Shown here in pieces: positions 27,715 to 38,123 of a DNA stretch of 64,000 bases. A program made the position numbers and the translations under genes. The DNA comes from an uncultured Planctomycetia bacterium (GTDB taxonomy: Bacteria > Omnitrophota > Gorgyraeia > 2-02-FULL-51-18). Location: positions 36,204 to 100,203 of the forward strand of contig CAZXLF010000003.1 of the NCBI GenBank assembly GCA_964642015.1. Reading direction: 5' to 3'. Each line of letters opens with the position of its first letter. The first letter of the stretch is position 1. Under the pieces are notes generated by a model. That model saw only the letters and a list, made by a program, of their open reading frames with translations, was not told where the DNA came from and did not search any database.

Positions 27715-28932
27715 ATGGATTACCGGAAAACAATAAGACTTTATTACGATTACGTTGTTCCTTGTTATACGAAGACGCCTCTGGTCCTCGAACGAGGCAA
27801 GGGAACCCGTGTGTGGGACGCTCATGGGGAAGAGTATCTTGATTTTTTTCCCGGTTGGGCTGTCAGCGGTATCGGGCATTGCCATAAAAGGGTGGTTGAA
27901 GCCATTAAACGGCAGGCCGAGATCCTGATTCACGTTTCTAACAATTACTACCACGAACAGCAAGGTTTGCTTGCGGAAGAGATCATTCGTCATGCATTTC
28001 CAGGCAAAGTATTTTTTTGTAATTCAGGAGCCGAAGCGAATGAAGCGGCATTCAAGTTGGCCAGGAGGGTCGGGAATCCGGGACGTTATGAAATCATCAC
28101 TATGGAGCGATCTTTTCATGGAAGGACGCTTGCTGGCATTGCTGCTACAGGTCAAAAGAAATATCAGGAAGGTTTTGAGCCGATCACGCCGGGATTTGTG
28201 ACCGTACCGTTCAATAATCTTGAAGCTGTGGAACGCGCGATCAATCCAAAAACAATCGCGATATTTTTGGAGCCGATCCAGGGAGAAGGCGGGATCCGCG
28301 TTGCGGATCAGGCTTACCTTTCTCAGTTGAGACGCATATGTAACGATAAAAAACTGCTTTTGATCCTGGACGAAGTGCAGACCGGTATGGGCCGAACGGG
28401 AAGGATGTTTTGCTATAAAAATTTTGGCCTTGAGCCCGACATAATGACTCTCGCCAAGTCGCTTGGCGGAGGTTTTCCTATCGGCGCGATGGTCGCAAAA
28501 AAGGAAATAGCCGACCTATTGCCTCCAGGAACGCATGCAACCACTTTCGGAGGAGGTCCGCTTGCATGTTCGGCCGCACTGGCGGTGTTTGAGGCGATTG
28601 ATAAGGAGAAGCTTATTGCCAATTGCGTGATCACCGGCTCGTATTTATTTAAAAAATTGCATGAGCTTAAAAAACGGCATCCTATGGTTCGTGAGGTGAG
28701 AGGGATGGGTCTGATGGCGGGCATCGAGCTTGAGATCGATGGAAAAAATATTTATGAAGAATGTTTGAAGAGGAAATTATTGATCAATTGCACACAGAGT
28801 AATGTGTTAAGACTCATGCCGCCGTTGGTTGTTAAGGAGAAGGAGATTGACCGCGCGATCCAGATACTCGAGGAAGTCATCGCTGCGGAGGAGGAAGTTC
28901 ATTTGGCTAAAGAAGGGAGTAAGATCGCATGA
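27715..28932 (+). CDS. argD: Acetylornithine aminotransferase
   Basis: Class-III PLP aminotransferase: NSGAEANEAAFKLAR, the DEVQTGMGRTG PLP-Lys region and TFGGGPLA. Confidence 0.9.
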   Translation: MDYRKTIRLYYDYVVPCYTKTPLVLERGKGTRVWDAHGEEYLDFFPGWAVSGIGHCHKRVVEAIKRQAEILIHVSNNYYHEQQGLLAEEIIRHAFPGKVFFCNSGAEANEAAFKLARRVGNPGRYEIITMERSFHGRTLAGIAATGQKKYQEGFEPITPGFVTVPFNNLEAVERAINPKTIAIFLEPIQGEGGIRVADQAYLSQLRRICNDKKLLLILDEVQTGMGRTGRMFCYKNFGLEPDIMTLAKSLGGGFPIGAMVAKKEIADLLPPGTHATTFGGGPLACSAALAVFEAIDKEKLIANCVITGSYLFKKLHELKKRHPMVREVRGMGLMAGIELEIDGKNIYEECLKRKLLINCTQSNVLRLMPPLVVKEKEIDRAIQILEEVIAAEEEVHLAKEGSKIA

Positions 28933-29972
28933 AAAAGAAGAGATCGAAGAAAAGCAGGGCCAGAAAACACACAAAAAAGACCGGAAGAAGATCGGAAAAG
29001 CAGCAAAAGATCAAAGTTTCATCAAAACCTTTTGAAGCCAAAGATCTTTTGAGCTTGAAAGAGATCCATGCCGGAGATCTGATGATGATCTTTAAGTTGG
29101 CGGAGAAGATGAAAAAAAATCCGCAGAGCTTTTATGGCAAGCTTAAAGGGAAGTCGCTTGCGCTTTTATTTCAAAAACCTTCAATGCGTACACGCATATC
29201 CTTTCAGATCGCCATGGGCCAGCTTGGGGCAGATTCGATCTACGTGGATCCCCAAGAGCATCCGTTGGGAGAACGTGAAACGATCAAGGACGTAGCGCGG
29301 GTATTATCGCGCTATTGCGATGCGATCGTGACGAGGACTTATCATCATTCGGATATTGAGGAGTTGGCGCGTTACGCCACAGTCCCGGTGATCAACGGTT
29401 TGAGCGATATGTACCATCCTTGCCAGACCTTGGCGGATCTTTTTACGATCCGGGAGAAATTCAAAACTATCCAGAAAATGAACATCGCGTATATCGGCGA
29501 CGGGAACAATGTGCTGAATTCTTTGCTTTACGGTGTCAGCAAGATCGGAGCGAACCTTTCGATCGCGACCCCGCGCGGTTACGAGCCCAGCGAAGAAATA
29601 CTGCGCGATATCAAGCTGATCGCGAAAGAAAGCGGCGCAAAGATCACATTATCCAATAATCCTTTTACCGCGATCAAGAATGCGCACGCGATCTATACGG
29701 ACGTTTGGGTCAGTATGGGTCAGGAAAAGCAGCGTGATCAGCGCATCCGCGATTTTCAGCCGTTCCAGGTGAACGGCGCGATCATCGGCAAAGCGCCGAA
29801 GGACTCGGTGATCATGCATTGTCTGCCCGCACATCGCGGAGAGGAAATTACTGATGAGGTGATCGAGCACCCGAGATCCGTTATTTTTGATCAAGCGGAG
29901 AACCGGCTTCACACGCAAAAAGCGCTTTTATATATTTTGCTGACCAGAAAGAAAAAAAGAGGCTCTAAGTAA
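28929..29972 (+). CDS. argF: Ornithine carbamoyltransferase with an N-terminal roughly 35 aa Lys/Arg-rich extension
   Basis: STRTR carbamoyl-phosphate motif (SMRTRISF), HPCQ and HCLPAH motifs. The N-terminus MKKKRSKKSRARKHTKKTGRRSEKQQKIK precedes the usual OTC start (KDLLSL). No alternative in-frame start downstream. Confidence 0.9.
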   Translation: MKKKRSKKSRARKHTKKTGRRSEKQQKIKVSSKPFEAKDLLSLKEIHAGDLMMIFKLAEKMKKNPQSFYGKLKGKSLALLFQKPSMRTRISFQIAMGQLGADSIYVDPQEHPLGERETIKDVARVLSRYCDAIVTRTYHHSDIEELARYATVPVINGLSDMYHPCQTLADLFTIREKFKTIQKMNIAYIGDGNNVLNSLLYGVSKIGANLSIATPRGYEPSEEILRDIKLIAKESGAKITLSNNPFTAIKNAHAIYTDVWVSMGQEKQRDQRIRDFQPFQVNGAIIGKAPKDSVIMHCLPAHRGEEITDEVIEHPRSVIFDQAENRLHTQKALLYILLTRKKKRGSK

Positions 29973-30017
29973 TCAAGAGTTTTGAATAGAAAACATTTTA
30001 ATCTTTCGGAGGAATGA

Positions 30018-31187
30018 ATGAAGAAAGTCGTATTGGCTTATTCAGGGGGGCTTGATACATCCGTCGCCATTAAGTGGTTGAAAGATAGGAATTATGAAGT
30101 CGTTGCTTATATGGCCGACGTCGGTCAAGAGAAAACAACGACCGCTGCGATTGCGCGTGCTAAGGCAGCGGGCGCATCCAAAGTCGTGGTGAAGGATCTT
30201 AAAAAAAGATTCGTGACGGATTATATTTGGCCGGCTCTTAAAGCGGGCGCAGTCTATGAAGGTCGTTACACTCTGGCTACAGCGCTTTCTAGGCCGTTGA
30301 TCGCCGCCGAGCAAGTGGCTGTCGCTCACGCGGAAAAAGCCACCGCTGTAGCTCATGGCTGCACGGGAAAAGGCAACGACCAGGTGAGATTTGAAGTGAC
30401 GGTCCAGGCGCTTGATAGTTCGCTTGAGATTTTAGCGCCGGTGCGTGAATGGGAATTTAAATCCAGAGAAGACGAGATCCGTTATGCGGAGCGTCATCGT
30501 ATTCCAATCGACGTATCTAAAAAAAGTCCGTTTTCAATCGACAAGAATATTTGGGGCGTCAGTGTGGAGGCGGGAGTTTTGGAGGATCCGAATGCGGAAC
30601 CTCCTGTGAATTCTTTTCAATGGACACGCGGCGCCGAGTCAAGGGCTTTGAAAGAGAGAGTTGTCGAAATACAATTTGATAAAGGCGTTCCCGTGGGTTT
30701 GAACGGCAAGAGAAAAGATGCGTTGAACTTGATCGGCGAACTGAACGCGCTTGGTTCTCAATACGGCATCGGACGTATGGATATGATAGAGAATCGTCTT
30801 GTAGGCATTAAATCTAGGGAAACTTACGAGGCTCCTGCTGCGACGATTTTGCTTCAAGCGCATAAAGATCTTGAAGCGCTGGTGCTCGACAGGGAACTTT
30901 TACATTATAAGGAAGGCATCTCCCAAAAATATGCCGAACTCGTGTATTACGGACTTTGGTTCACGCCATTAAGGACGGCGCTGGATGCGTTCGTTGAAAC
31001 GACACAAAAAAAGGTGACTGGAAGTGTGAGAACGAAGCTCAGAAAGTATTCTTCGCATGTTGTCGGTCGCAGCTCACCACATTCCTTATATAAAGAGAGT
31101 CTTGCAACGTACAGCGCGAAGGACAAGTTTGACCAGCGTTTATCGAAGGGTTTTATAGACCTTTGGGCATTGCCTTATAAAAAATAA
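30018..31187 (+). CDS. argG: Argininosuccinate synthase
   Basis: AYSGGLDTSV PP-loop; the conserved ArgG core. Confidence 0.93.
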   Translation: MKKVVLAYSGGLDTSVAIKWLKDRNYEVVAYMADVGQEKTTTAAIARAKAAGASKVVVKDLKKRFVTDYIWPALKAGAVYEGRYTLATALSRPLIAAEQVAVAHAEKATAVAHGCTGKGNDQVRFEVTVQALDSSLEILAPVREWEFKSREDEIRYAERHRIPIDVSKKSPFSIDKNIWGVSVEAGVLEDPNAEPPVNSFQWTRGAESRALKERVVEIQFDKGVPVGLNGKRKDALNLIGELNALGSQYGIGRMDMIENRLVGIKSRETYEAPAATILLQAHKDLEALVLDRELLHYKEGISQKYAELVYYGLWFTPLRTALDAFVETTQKKVTGSVRTKLRKYSSHVVGRSSPHSLYKESLATYSAKDKFDQRLSKGFIDLWALPYKK

Positions 31188-31291
31188 ATGAGCGCACGAC
31201 TTATGCGAGCGTAGCAAACATCAAGTCATCTGCGCGAATTTATCCCGAGTAGACACGGCCTAGTGTTGGTGAGGGATCCAAGAGAGGAAAG

Positions 31292-32671
31292 ATGCAAAAA
31301 AAACTGTGGGGTGGAAGATTTCAAAAAAAGATCGATACCCGCTTTGAGAGATTCAGCGCCTCTTTTCGGTGGGACAGACGGCTTCTGCCTTATGATCTGA
31401 AGATCGATGCCGCGCATGTGAAAGCGTTAAAAAAATGTGGTGTATTATCTTCCTTCGAGACAAAGAAACTTTTATCAGCGATCCGTCTTCTTGAAAGAAA
31501 ACATCAAAGCGGTTCTTTGAAATTAAAAGCGGACTCCGAAGATGTTCATTCTGCTATTCAAACGGAGATCGAGCGTATGGCGGGTATGCTTGCCCACAAG
31601 CTTCATACAGCCAGGTCCCGCAACGATCTTGTGAGCCAGAGTTCCAGGCTTTACTGTCTGGATCACGCTGATAAGATCATTGCTTTGATCGAAAAATGCC
31701 AAAGGGCTATTTTGTCCAAAGCGGATGAATATCAGGATCTCCTGATACCCGGAATGACGCATTTGCAGAATGCGCAAGTTTTGTCTCAAGCGCATATTTT
31801 TTTGGCATATCTGGAAATGTTGGAACGTTCCAAGACTAAACTTGTGTCAGATAAAACATTCATGGATCGATGTGTTCTTGGAAGCGGCGCGCTTGCCGGT
31901 GTTACGTTCGATCTTGATCAGAAGATGATAGCCAAAGAGCTCGGATTAAGCCGCGTTTCTACAAATAGCTATGATGTATCCGGAGACCGGGACTATATTT
32001 TCAGCTTCTTGTCTTCAATGGCATTTCTTGGGATACAGCTTTCTCGGATCGCGGAAGACTTGATGATAGGTCAGACAAAAGGTTTTTCTTTGGTCGACAT
32101 CGATCAATCTTATTGCACCGGAAGCTCAATGATGCCGCAAAAAAAGAATGCTGATTTTGTGGAGCTGGCTAGAGGCGCTTCGGGCATTTTAACAGGAAAC
32201 CTTCTTGGGCTTATGACGTCATTGAAAGGCCTCCCGAGTTCTTATAATCGTGATCTTCAATGGGATAAGAAATATCTTTTTGATTCAACAGAACTATGCG
32301 AGGAGCTTCTTGATATTTTTAGCGGTGTTTTTGGTACTTTAAAAATTGATCAAAAAAATGCCACAACACTTTTAGCAGACGAAAATTTGTATGCGACTGA
32401 TCTGGCAGATTATTTGGTACAAAAAGGGGTCGCTTTTAAAGAAGCGCACGGCCAAGTTGGTCAGATAGTGAGTTTTGCCGAAAAAAACAAAGTTAAGTTA
32501 TCCAAAATAGGCATTGATATTTTGAAAAAGTTTGCACCGCGCATCGAAGGGGATGTTTATGATCTGTTCGATGCAAAACATTCAGTAAAAATGAAAAAGA
32601 CCATTGGCAGCACGAATCCTGCCCAGGTTAAAAATCAAATCGGTCATTGGAAGAAAAAACTGAAGGACTAG
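31292..32671 (+). CDS. argH: Argininosuccinate lyase
   Basis: Fumarate-lyase signature GSSMMPQKKN and the TGRSRNDLV-like SRNDLV motif. Confidence 0.92.
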   Translation: MQKKLWGGRFQKKIDTRFERFSASFRWDRRLLPYDLKIDAAHVKALKKCGVLSSFETKKLLSAIRLLERKHQSGSLKLKADSEDVHSAIQTEIERMAGMLAHKLHTARSRNDLVSQSSRLYCLDHADKIIALIEKCQRAILSKADEYQDLLIPGMTHLQNAQVLSQAHIFLAYLEMLERSKTKLVSDKTFMDRCVLGSGALAGVTFDLDQKMIAKELGLSRVSTNSYDVSGDRDYIFSFLSSMAFLGIQLSRIAEDLMIGQTKGFSLVDIDQSYCTGSSMMPQKKNADFVELARGASGILTGNLLGLMTSLKGLPSSYNRDLQWDKKYLFDSTELCEELLDIFSGVFGTLKIDQKNATTLLADENLYATDLADYLVQKGVAFKEAHGQVGQIVSFAEKNKVKLSKIGIDILKKFAPRIEGDVYDLFDAKHSVKMKKTIGSTNPAQVKNQIGHWKKKLKD

Positions 32672-32674
32672 AGT

Positions 32675-33952
32675 ATGCATCGGTTCCAATATAAAGGCAA
32701 AGAGCTTTACTGCGAAGAAACTCCGGTTTCAAGGGTTGCCAAAGAGATCGGCACGCCGTTCTATCTTTACAGCATCGGCACTTTTTTGGACCATTATCTC
32801 AAGCTTAAAAAAGCGTTTGAACCGGCAAATCCTTTGATCTGTTTTTCGATGAAGGCGAATTCCAATTTGACGGTGCTTAAAGCGCTCGTTGAAAAAGGTT
32901 CTGGCTTGGATATCGTATCGGGTGGTGAGCTTTTTAGGGCCAAAAAAGTCGGAGTGGATCCGCAGAAGATCGTTTACGCGTCTGTCGGAAAGACTGAAGC
33001 CGAGATCGAAGAGGCGATCCGTTCCAAGATCCTGATGTTCAATGTCGAGTCCATTTCAGAACTTGATGTGATCAACGCAGTCGCATGCCGGCTGAAAACA
33101 ACCCAAAAGGTTGCGATCCGTTTGAATCCGGATGTGGCGCCGGATACACATCATTACATTACGACCGGCAGCAAGCAGAACAAATTCGGCTTGGATGTTG
33201 ACACCGCGTATAAGCTTTTCATGGAATCATACCGTTATCCTTTTTTGCGTTTCGCGGGCGTTCATATGCATATCGGGTCACAGATCACGAATGCCAAACC
33301 TTTCGTGAAGGCCATCAAACGAGCGCTCAAGTTTATCGACAGTGTGCGGTTCGGAGGCAATCCAGTAGAATATTTGAACATCGGCGGTGGCCTCGGCATT
33401 ATTTATTCAAAAGAAAAACCGCAGACGGCGCAGGAATTCGCCGACGAAATCCTGCCCTTGTTCAAGGATTATGACCTGAAGAATGGGCTTAAACTTATTT
33501 TGGAACCAGGCCGCTTTGTTTCGGGTAATAGCGGTATTTTGGTAACTAAAGTGTTGTATATCAAAAAGTCCGAGGCCAAATCATTTGTCATTGTGGATGG
33601 CGGCATGAACGATTTGATCCGCCCCTCATTTTACGGCGCTTATCACGATATCATTCCTGTTATAAAATCAAAAAATTGGTCGCAACAGACGGTAAAGGCT
33701 GATGTGGTCGGACCGATATGTGAAAGCGGGGATTTTTTGGCGAAGGACAGGAAAATAAAGACTGTCGGTGTCGGCGATTTTCTGGCTGTGATGTCATGCG
33801 GCGCTTATGGATATGTAATGTCGAGCAACTACAATTCCCGTCCGCGTGTCCCCGAAGTAGTCGTGAAGGGTAGCCGGTTTTTTGTCGCAAAAAGGAGAGA
33901 ATCGCGGGAAGACTTGATAAGAAATGAGAGGATCGTACACGAGGTTGTTTAA
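32675..33952 (+). CDS. lysA: Diaminopimelate decarboxylase
   Basis: Orn/DAP/Arg decarboxylase fold-III: FSMKANSN (PLP-Lys), the GGGLGI region and the CESGD motif. Confidence 0.9.
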   Translation: MHRFQYKGKELYCEETPVSRVAKEIGTPFYLYSIGTFLDHYLKLKKAFEPANPLICFSMKANSNLTVLKALVEKGSGLDIVSGGELFRAKKVGVDPQKIVYASVGKTEAEIEEAIRSKILMFNVESISELDVINAVACRLKTTQKVAIRLNPDVAPDTHHYITTGSKQNKFGLDVDTAYKLFMESYRYPFLRFAGVHMHIGSQITNAKPFVKAIKRALKFIDSVRFGGNPVEYLNIGGGLGIIYSKEKPQTAQEFADEILPLFKDYDLKNGLKLILEPGRFVSGNSGILVTKVLYIKKSEAKSFVIVDGGMNDLIRPSFYGAYHDIIPVIKSKNWSQQTVKADVVGPICESGDFLAKDRKIKTVGVGDFLAVMSCGAYGYVMSSNYNSRPRVPEVVVKGSRFFVAKRRESREDLIRNERIVHEVV

Positions 33953-33970
33953 GATAAGTTTGGATAGCGT

Positions 33971-34780
33971 ATGAAATATATCAATTTCACTAAACTAGTC
34001 GGTGCGGGGAACGATTTTGTAGTTATCGACAACCGCCGTTCAATTTTCAAGAAAAATGCTGTACAGCTTGCAAAAAAAATTTGCGACCGTAAGTTTTCGA
34101 TCGGAGCGGATGGGTTGCTGCTGTTGGAAAAGTCCAAAAAGGCCGATGTGCGGATGCGCATTATTAATCCGGATGGCAGCGAAGCTGAAATGTGCGGTAA
34201 CGGCGTGCGTTGTGTTGCAAAATTCGCAGTTGAAAATAAGGTGACGGGCCCGAAGCTCAGCATCGAAACTTTGGCCGGTATTATTTATGCCGAAGTAAAA
34301 AATGATATTGTTAAGGCAAAAATGATAGATCCGAAGGATCTTAAATTGAATATGGATATCCGTTTAAATGGGCATAGCGAACACCTAAATTTTATTAACA
34401 CAGGCGTGCCTCATGCGATAAAAATGATGGCAACAGTTTCGAATTGCGACGTGGATAAGCTAGGTGAGGCGATCAGATATCATTCTCATTTTGCGCCGAG
34501 GGGGACAAATGTCGATTTCGTTTCTTTAAGAAAAGGCAACGCGATCGATGTGCGCACTTACGAACGTGGCGTCGAAGGTGAAACGCTCGCGTGCGGCACC
34601 GGGTCGACCGCTTCCGCGCTCGTTGCGGCTGCGATCAAGAATTTAAAGTCACCTATTTTGGTCCATACTAAAGGTGGAGAGGTTCTCAAGATTTATTTTT
34701 CAAGGACCAGAATGATGTTCCACGATGTTTACTTGGAAGGAAAGATACAAAAAACTTTTGAAGGGAGAGTGAGTTTGTGA
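33971..34780 (+). CDS. dapF: Diaminopimelate epimerase
   Basis: NPDGSEAEMCGNGVRC and the second active-site Cys in ETLACGTGSTA. Confidence 0.92.
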   Translation: MKYINFTKLVGAGNDFVVIDNRRSIFKKNAVQLAKKICDRKFSIGADGLLLLEKSKKADVRMRIINPDGSEAEMCGNGVRCVAKFAVENKVTGPKLSIETLAGIIYAEVKNDIVKAKMIDPKDLKLNMDIRLNGHSEHLNFINTGVPHAIKMMATVSNCDVDKLGEAIRYHSHFAPRGTNVDFVSLRKGNAIDVRTYERGVEGETLACGTGSTASALVAAAIKNLKSPILVHTKGGEVLKIYFSRTRMMFHDVYLEGKIQKTFEGRVSL

Positions 34781-35655
34781 AATTTCATGGATCGTTGGTA
34801 GCGCTTGTCACGCCGTTCAAGAACGGCAAATTGGATGAAAAGACATTAGCGAAGCTCGTGCGGCGTCACATTGAGGCGGGTACACACGGCATCGTTCCCG
34901 TGGGGACCACCGGCGAATCACCCACCTTGTCTTTCAAAGAGCATGAGCGTGTCATAAAAATTGTTGTGGAAGCTGCTCATCATGAGGTGCCTGTTATTGC
35001 GGGAACGGGTGCGAACAGTACAGATGAGGCGATATATCTCACAAAATTTGCAAAAAAAGCCGGTGCTGACGCCTCGCTTTCCGTGACACCTTATTACAAT
35101 AAGCCCACGCAGGAAGGGCTTTATCGTCATTACAAAGCCATAGCTGAAAACGCAAATTTACCTATTATTCTTTATAATGTGCCCGGGCGCACCGGGGTTT
35201 CGCTGTCGCCTGAAACCGTGGCTCGTTTGGCGGAGATCAAAAATATTGTAGCGATCAAAGAGGCGACCGGGAGCATGGATCAAACTTCGCATATTCTTTC
35301 TTTGTGTGATATCACAGTGTTGAGCGGTGACGATTCGCTGACATTACCGCTTCTTTCTCTTGGTGCTAAAGGAGTCATTTCGGTGATCGCGAATATTTTA
35401 CCGGAAGACACCGCAAAAATGGTGAACGCGTATTTTGAAGGCGATCATATAAAAGCCAAGGAATTGCACTACAAAATGTTCCCGCTGTGCCGGGCTCTTT
35501 TTGTGGAAACCAATCCGATCCCGGTCAAACGAGCGATGAAATTGTTGGGGATCTGCAGCGATGAGCTTCGCCTGCCGCTTTGCCCGATGAAAGAGTCGAA
35601 TGAAAAGATTCTAGTCAAAGCGATGAAAGACTACGGTCTTTCATTCAGAGGATGA
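34777..35655 (+). CDS. dapA: 4-hydroxy-tetrahydrodipicolinate synthase
   Basis: GTG start overlapping the dapF stop. The VPVGTTGES and YNVP motifs; Schiff-base Lys region IVAIKEATG. Confidence 0.92.
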   Translation: MKFHGSLVALVTPFKNGKLDEKTLAKLVRRHIEAGTHGIVPVGTTGESPTLSFKEHERVIKIVVEAAHHEVPVIAGTGANSTDEAIYLTKFAKKAGADASLSVTPYYNKPTQEGLYRHYKAIAENANLPIILYNVPGRTGVSLSPETVARLAEIKNIVAIKEATGSMDQTSHILSLCDITVLSGDDSLTLPLLSLGAKGVISVIANILPEDTAKMVNAYFEGDHIKAKELHYKMFPLCRALFVETNPIPVKRAMKLLGICSDELRLPLCPMKESNEKILVKAMKDYGLSFRG

Positions 35656-35659
35656 AACA

Positions 35660-36460
35660 ATGATCAAAATAGCAGTGAATGGCGCATTAGGACGGATGGG
35701 TTCCCGCATACTCAGCCTGGCGTGCCGGTCAGAAGATTTTAAAATCGTCGGTGCATTTGAACATGCCAAGCATGACAGCATCGGGAAAGAATTAGGCAGC
35801 GCCTTGGGGTTGGGAGATTCTCTGAAAGTGAAGATCTCGCCGCTAACAGAGCATTCTTTAAAAAATGCGGATGTGATGATAGATTTTTCAAGTCCTGAAG
35901 GCGTAAAAAATTCATTAACGATAGCTGAAGCAGCTCGTAAAGCACTTGTCATCGGGACAACCGGCATAACGCCCGAAGGTATTTCACAGATCAAAAAATC
36001 ATCCAAGACGATCGCGGTCCTTTTTTCACCCAATATGAGCGTAGGTGCTAACTTTTTGTTTGAGCTTGCCCGTTTGTCTGCCGCGAAGCTGGGCCAAGGC
36101 TACGACATAGAGATCATTGAAGCGCATCACCGGTTAAAAAAAGATGCTCCGAGCGGTACCGCAAAAAAGATTGCTGAAGTGATCGCCGAAGAAAAGGGGT
36201 GGGACCTTAAGAAAGTGGCGAAATACGGTCGCGAAGGTATTACCGGAGAGAGGCCAATTGATGAGTTGGGGATCCATGTGATTCGCGGCGGAGATATCGT
36301 AGGTGAACATACCGTTTTATTCAGCGGACATGGTGAGATCATTGAACTGAAGCACACCGCGCTTTCCCGCGATGCGTTCGCCAGAGGCGCATTAGTGGCG
36401 GCAAGTTATTTGTCAAAAAAGAAACCCGGCCTTTATACGATGGCTGACGCATTGAAATGA
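35660..36460 (+). CDS. dapB: 4-hydroxy-tetrahydrodipicolinate reductase
   Basis: MIKIAVNGALGRMGSRIL Rossmann start; EAHHRLKKDAPSGTA (the DapB HHxxKxDxPSGTA motif). Confidence 0.93.
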   Translation: MIKIAVNGALGRMGSRILSLACRSEDFKIVGAFEHAKHDSIGKELGSALGLGDSLKVKISPLTEHSLKNADVMIDFSSPEGVKNSLTIAEAARKALVIGTTGITPEGISQIKKSSKTIAVLFSPNMSVGANFLFELARLSAAKLGQGYDIEIIEAHHRLKKDAPSGTAKKIAEVIAEEKGWDLKKVAKYGREGITGERPIDELGIHVIRGGDIVGEHTVLFSGHGEIIELKHTALSRDAFARGALVAASYLSKKKPGLYTMADALK

Positions 36461-37629
36461 GCTTTTTTTTGGAACAGTCCGACCGGTTAAAATCTTTACC
36501 TCCGTATCTTTTTGTTGAGATCGATCGCGCGAAAAGAAAAGCGATCGCCAGCGGTGTAAAAGTTATTGATTTTGGCGTTGGAGATCCCGATCATCCGACG
36601 CCGAATTTTATTCTGCGCGCGATGCAGAAAGCGGTCAAAGACCCGTCCACGCATCATTATCCGCTGGATAGGGGTTACGCGCCGTTCCGGCAGGCAATAT
36701 CTCATTGGGTCAAAAAAAGATTCGGACAATCCTTTAATCCGGACACCGAGATCCTTCCTTTGATCGGTTCCAAAGAGGGGATCGCGCATCTTCCGCTGGC
36801 GTTCATTAACCCGGGCGATGTGGCTTTAGTGCCTGATCCGTGTTATCCGCCGTACAAAAGCGGGACAAGTTTTGCGGGCGGAAAACCATATCTTCTTCCA
36901 TTGAAAGAGGAGAATGGATTTCTCCCTGATTTTCATTCGGTACCCGCCGATGTGCTAAAGCATGCCAAGATGATCTTTGTCAATTATCCGAATAATCCCA
37001 CCGGTGCTACCGCGACGCATGTTTTTTATGAGAAATTGGTGCGTTGGGCGGCGGAACACAAGATATTGATTGTCTCGGATCTTGCCTATTCAGAGGTTTA
37101 TTTTGGAAAGGAGAAGCCGCTCAGCATTTTTGAGATCCATGGAGCCAAGCAAGTGGCCATTGAATTTCATTCTCTCTCAAAAACATGCAATATGACCGGC
37201 TGGCGTGTCGGTTTTGCGATAGGATGCGAAGAGGTTATCAATGCGCTTCTTAGGGTCAAATCGAATCTTGACTCTGGGGTTTTTACAGCGATCCAAAGGA
37301 CTGCGATGGAGGCGCTAAAAAATAGTTTTGGATTTTCCAAGAAAACCAATTTAGTATATCGCCGACGAAGGGATCTTTTGGTGAGCGGATTAAAAGAGCT
37401 CGGCTTTCCTGTGAAAAATGTGAACGCGAGTTTTTATGTTTTCACAAAACTTCCGAAAGGTTTACATGATTCTTCGACTTTTTGTAAGGATCTATTGGAA
37501 AAGACGGGTATTGTGGCAACGCCTGGTGTTGGTTTTGGTGCGGCAGGCGAAGGATTTGTGCGTTTTACTTTGACAGTTGCGGAACCCGAGATCAGGGAAG
37601 CGATCACCCGAATGAGGAAGATATTTTAA
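36457..37629 (+). CDS. dapL: LL-diaminopimelate aminotransferase (class I/II PLP aminotransferase)
   Basis: LPPYLFVEIDRAKRKA...GVGDPDHPTP is the DapL N-terminal signature. SLSKTCNMTGWRVG is the PLP-Lys region. It sits in the dap operon where dapD/C/E are absent. Confidence 0.8.
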   Translation: MSFFLEQSDRLKSLPPYLFVEIDRAKRKAIASGVKVIDFGVGDPDHPTPNFILRAMQKAVKDPSTHHYPLDRGYAPFRQAISHWVKKRFGQSFNPDTEILPLIGSKEGIAHLPLAFINPGDVALVPDPCYPPYKSGTSFAGGKPYLLPLKEENGFLPDFHSVPADVLKHAKMIFVNYPNNPTGATATHVFYEKLVRWAAEHKILIVSDLAYSEVYFGKEKPLSIFEIHGAKQVAIEFHSLSKTCNMTGWRVGFAIGCEEVINALLRVKSNLDSGVFTAIQRTAMEALKNSFGFSKKTNLVYRRRRDLLVSGLKELGFPVKNVNASFYVFTKLPKGLHDSSTFCKDLLEKTGIVATPGVGFGAAGEGFVRFTLTVAEPEIREAITRMRKIF

Positions 37630-38123
37630 TGGCAAACGTTTATCTAGGCATTGGTTCAAATATGGGAGACCGCGCGGCCAACATCGACAGAGCGATGACT
37701 TTGTTGAAAGAGCATAAGGATATAAAAGTCATTGCCGAATCGTCTTTGATCGAGACTGATCCGGTAGGCGGACCCGCGCAACCAAAATTTTTGAACGGCG
37801 CGATTCAAATTGACACAGACTTGATGCCGCTTGATCTTCTTTCGCAGCTCAAGATCATTGAGCGTCGGTTAGGGCGCGTAAAAGGCGAACCAAATTCGCC
37901 AAGACCGATCGATCTGGATATTCTGTTTTATGATGATGTGGTGATCGTAGACGGTAAAAATCTTACGATCCCGCATCCCAAAATAGCCGAGAGGTTTTTC
38001 GTGTTAAAACCGCTGCTTGAAATAGCGCCTGAATTGGTGCATCCCCGCCTGAATAAATCCATCAAAGAGCTTGCCAAAGCCGTCAAAACCCATGAAGGTC
38101 GTAACCGACTCCAAAGCGCTTAG
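37629..38123 (+). CDS. folK: 2-amino-4-hydroxy-6-hydroxymethyldihydropteridine pyrophosphokinase
   Basis: VYLGIGSNMGDR start; the RPIDLDILFYDD motif. Confidence 0.9.
   Translation: MANVYLGIGSNMGDRAANIDRAMTLLKEHKDIKVIAESSLIETDPVGGPAQPKFLNGAIQIDTDLMPLDLLSQLKIIERRLGRVKGEPNSPRPIDLDILFYDDVVIVDGKNLTIPHPKIAERFFVLKPLLEIAPELVHPRLNKSIKELAKAVKTHEGRNRLQSA

Noticed and set aside
29420-29659. 79-aa + strand ORF inside argF in another frame
   Set aside because: An off-frame ORF in a conserved gene, Arg-rich from a GC-rich frame.
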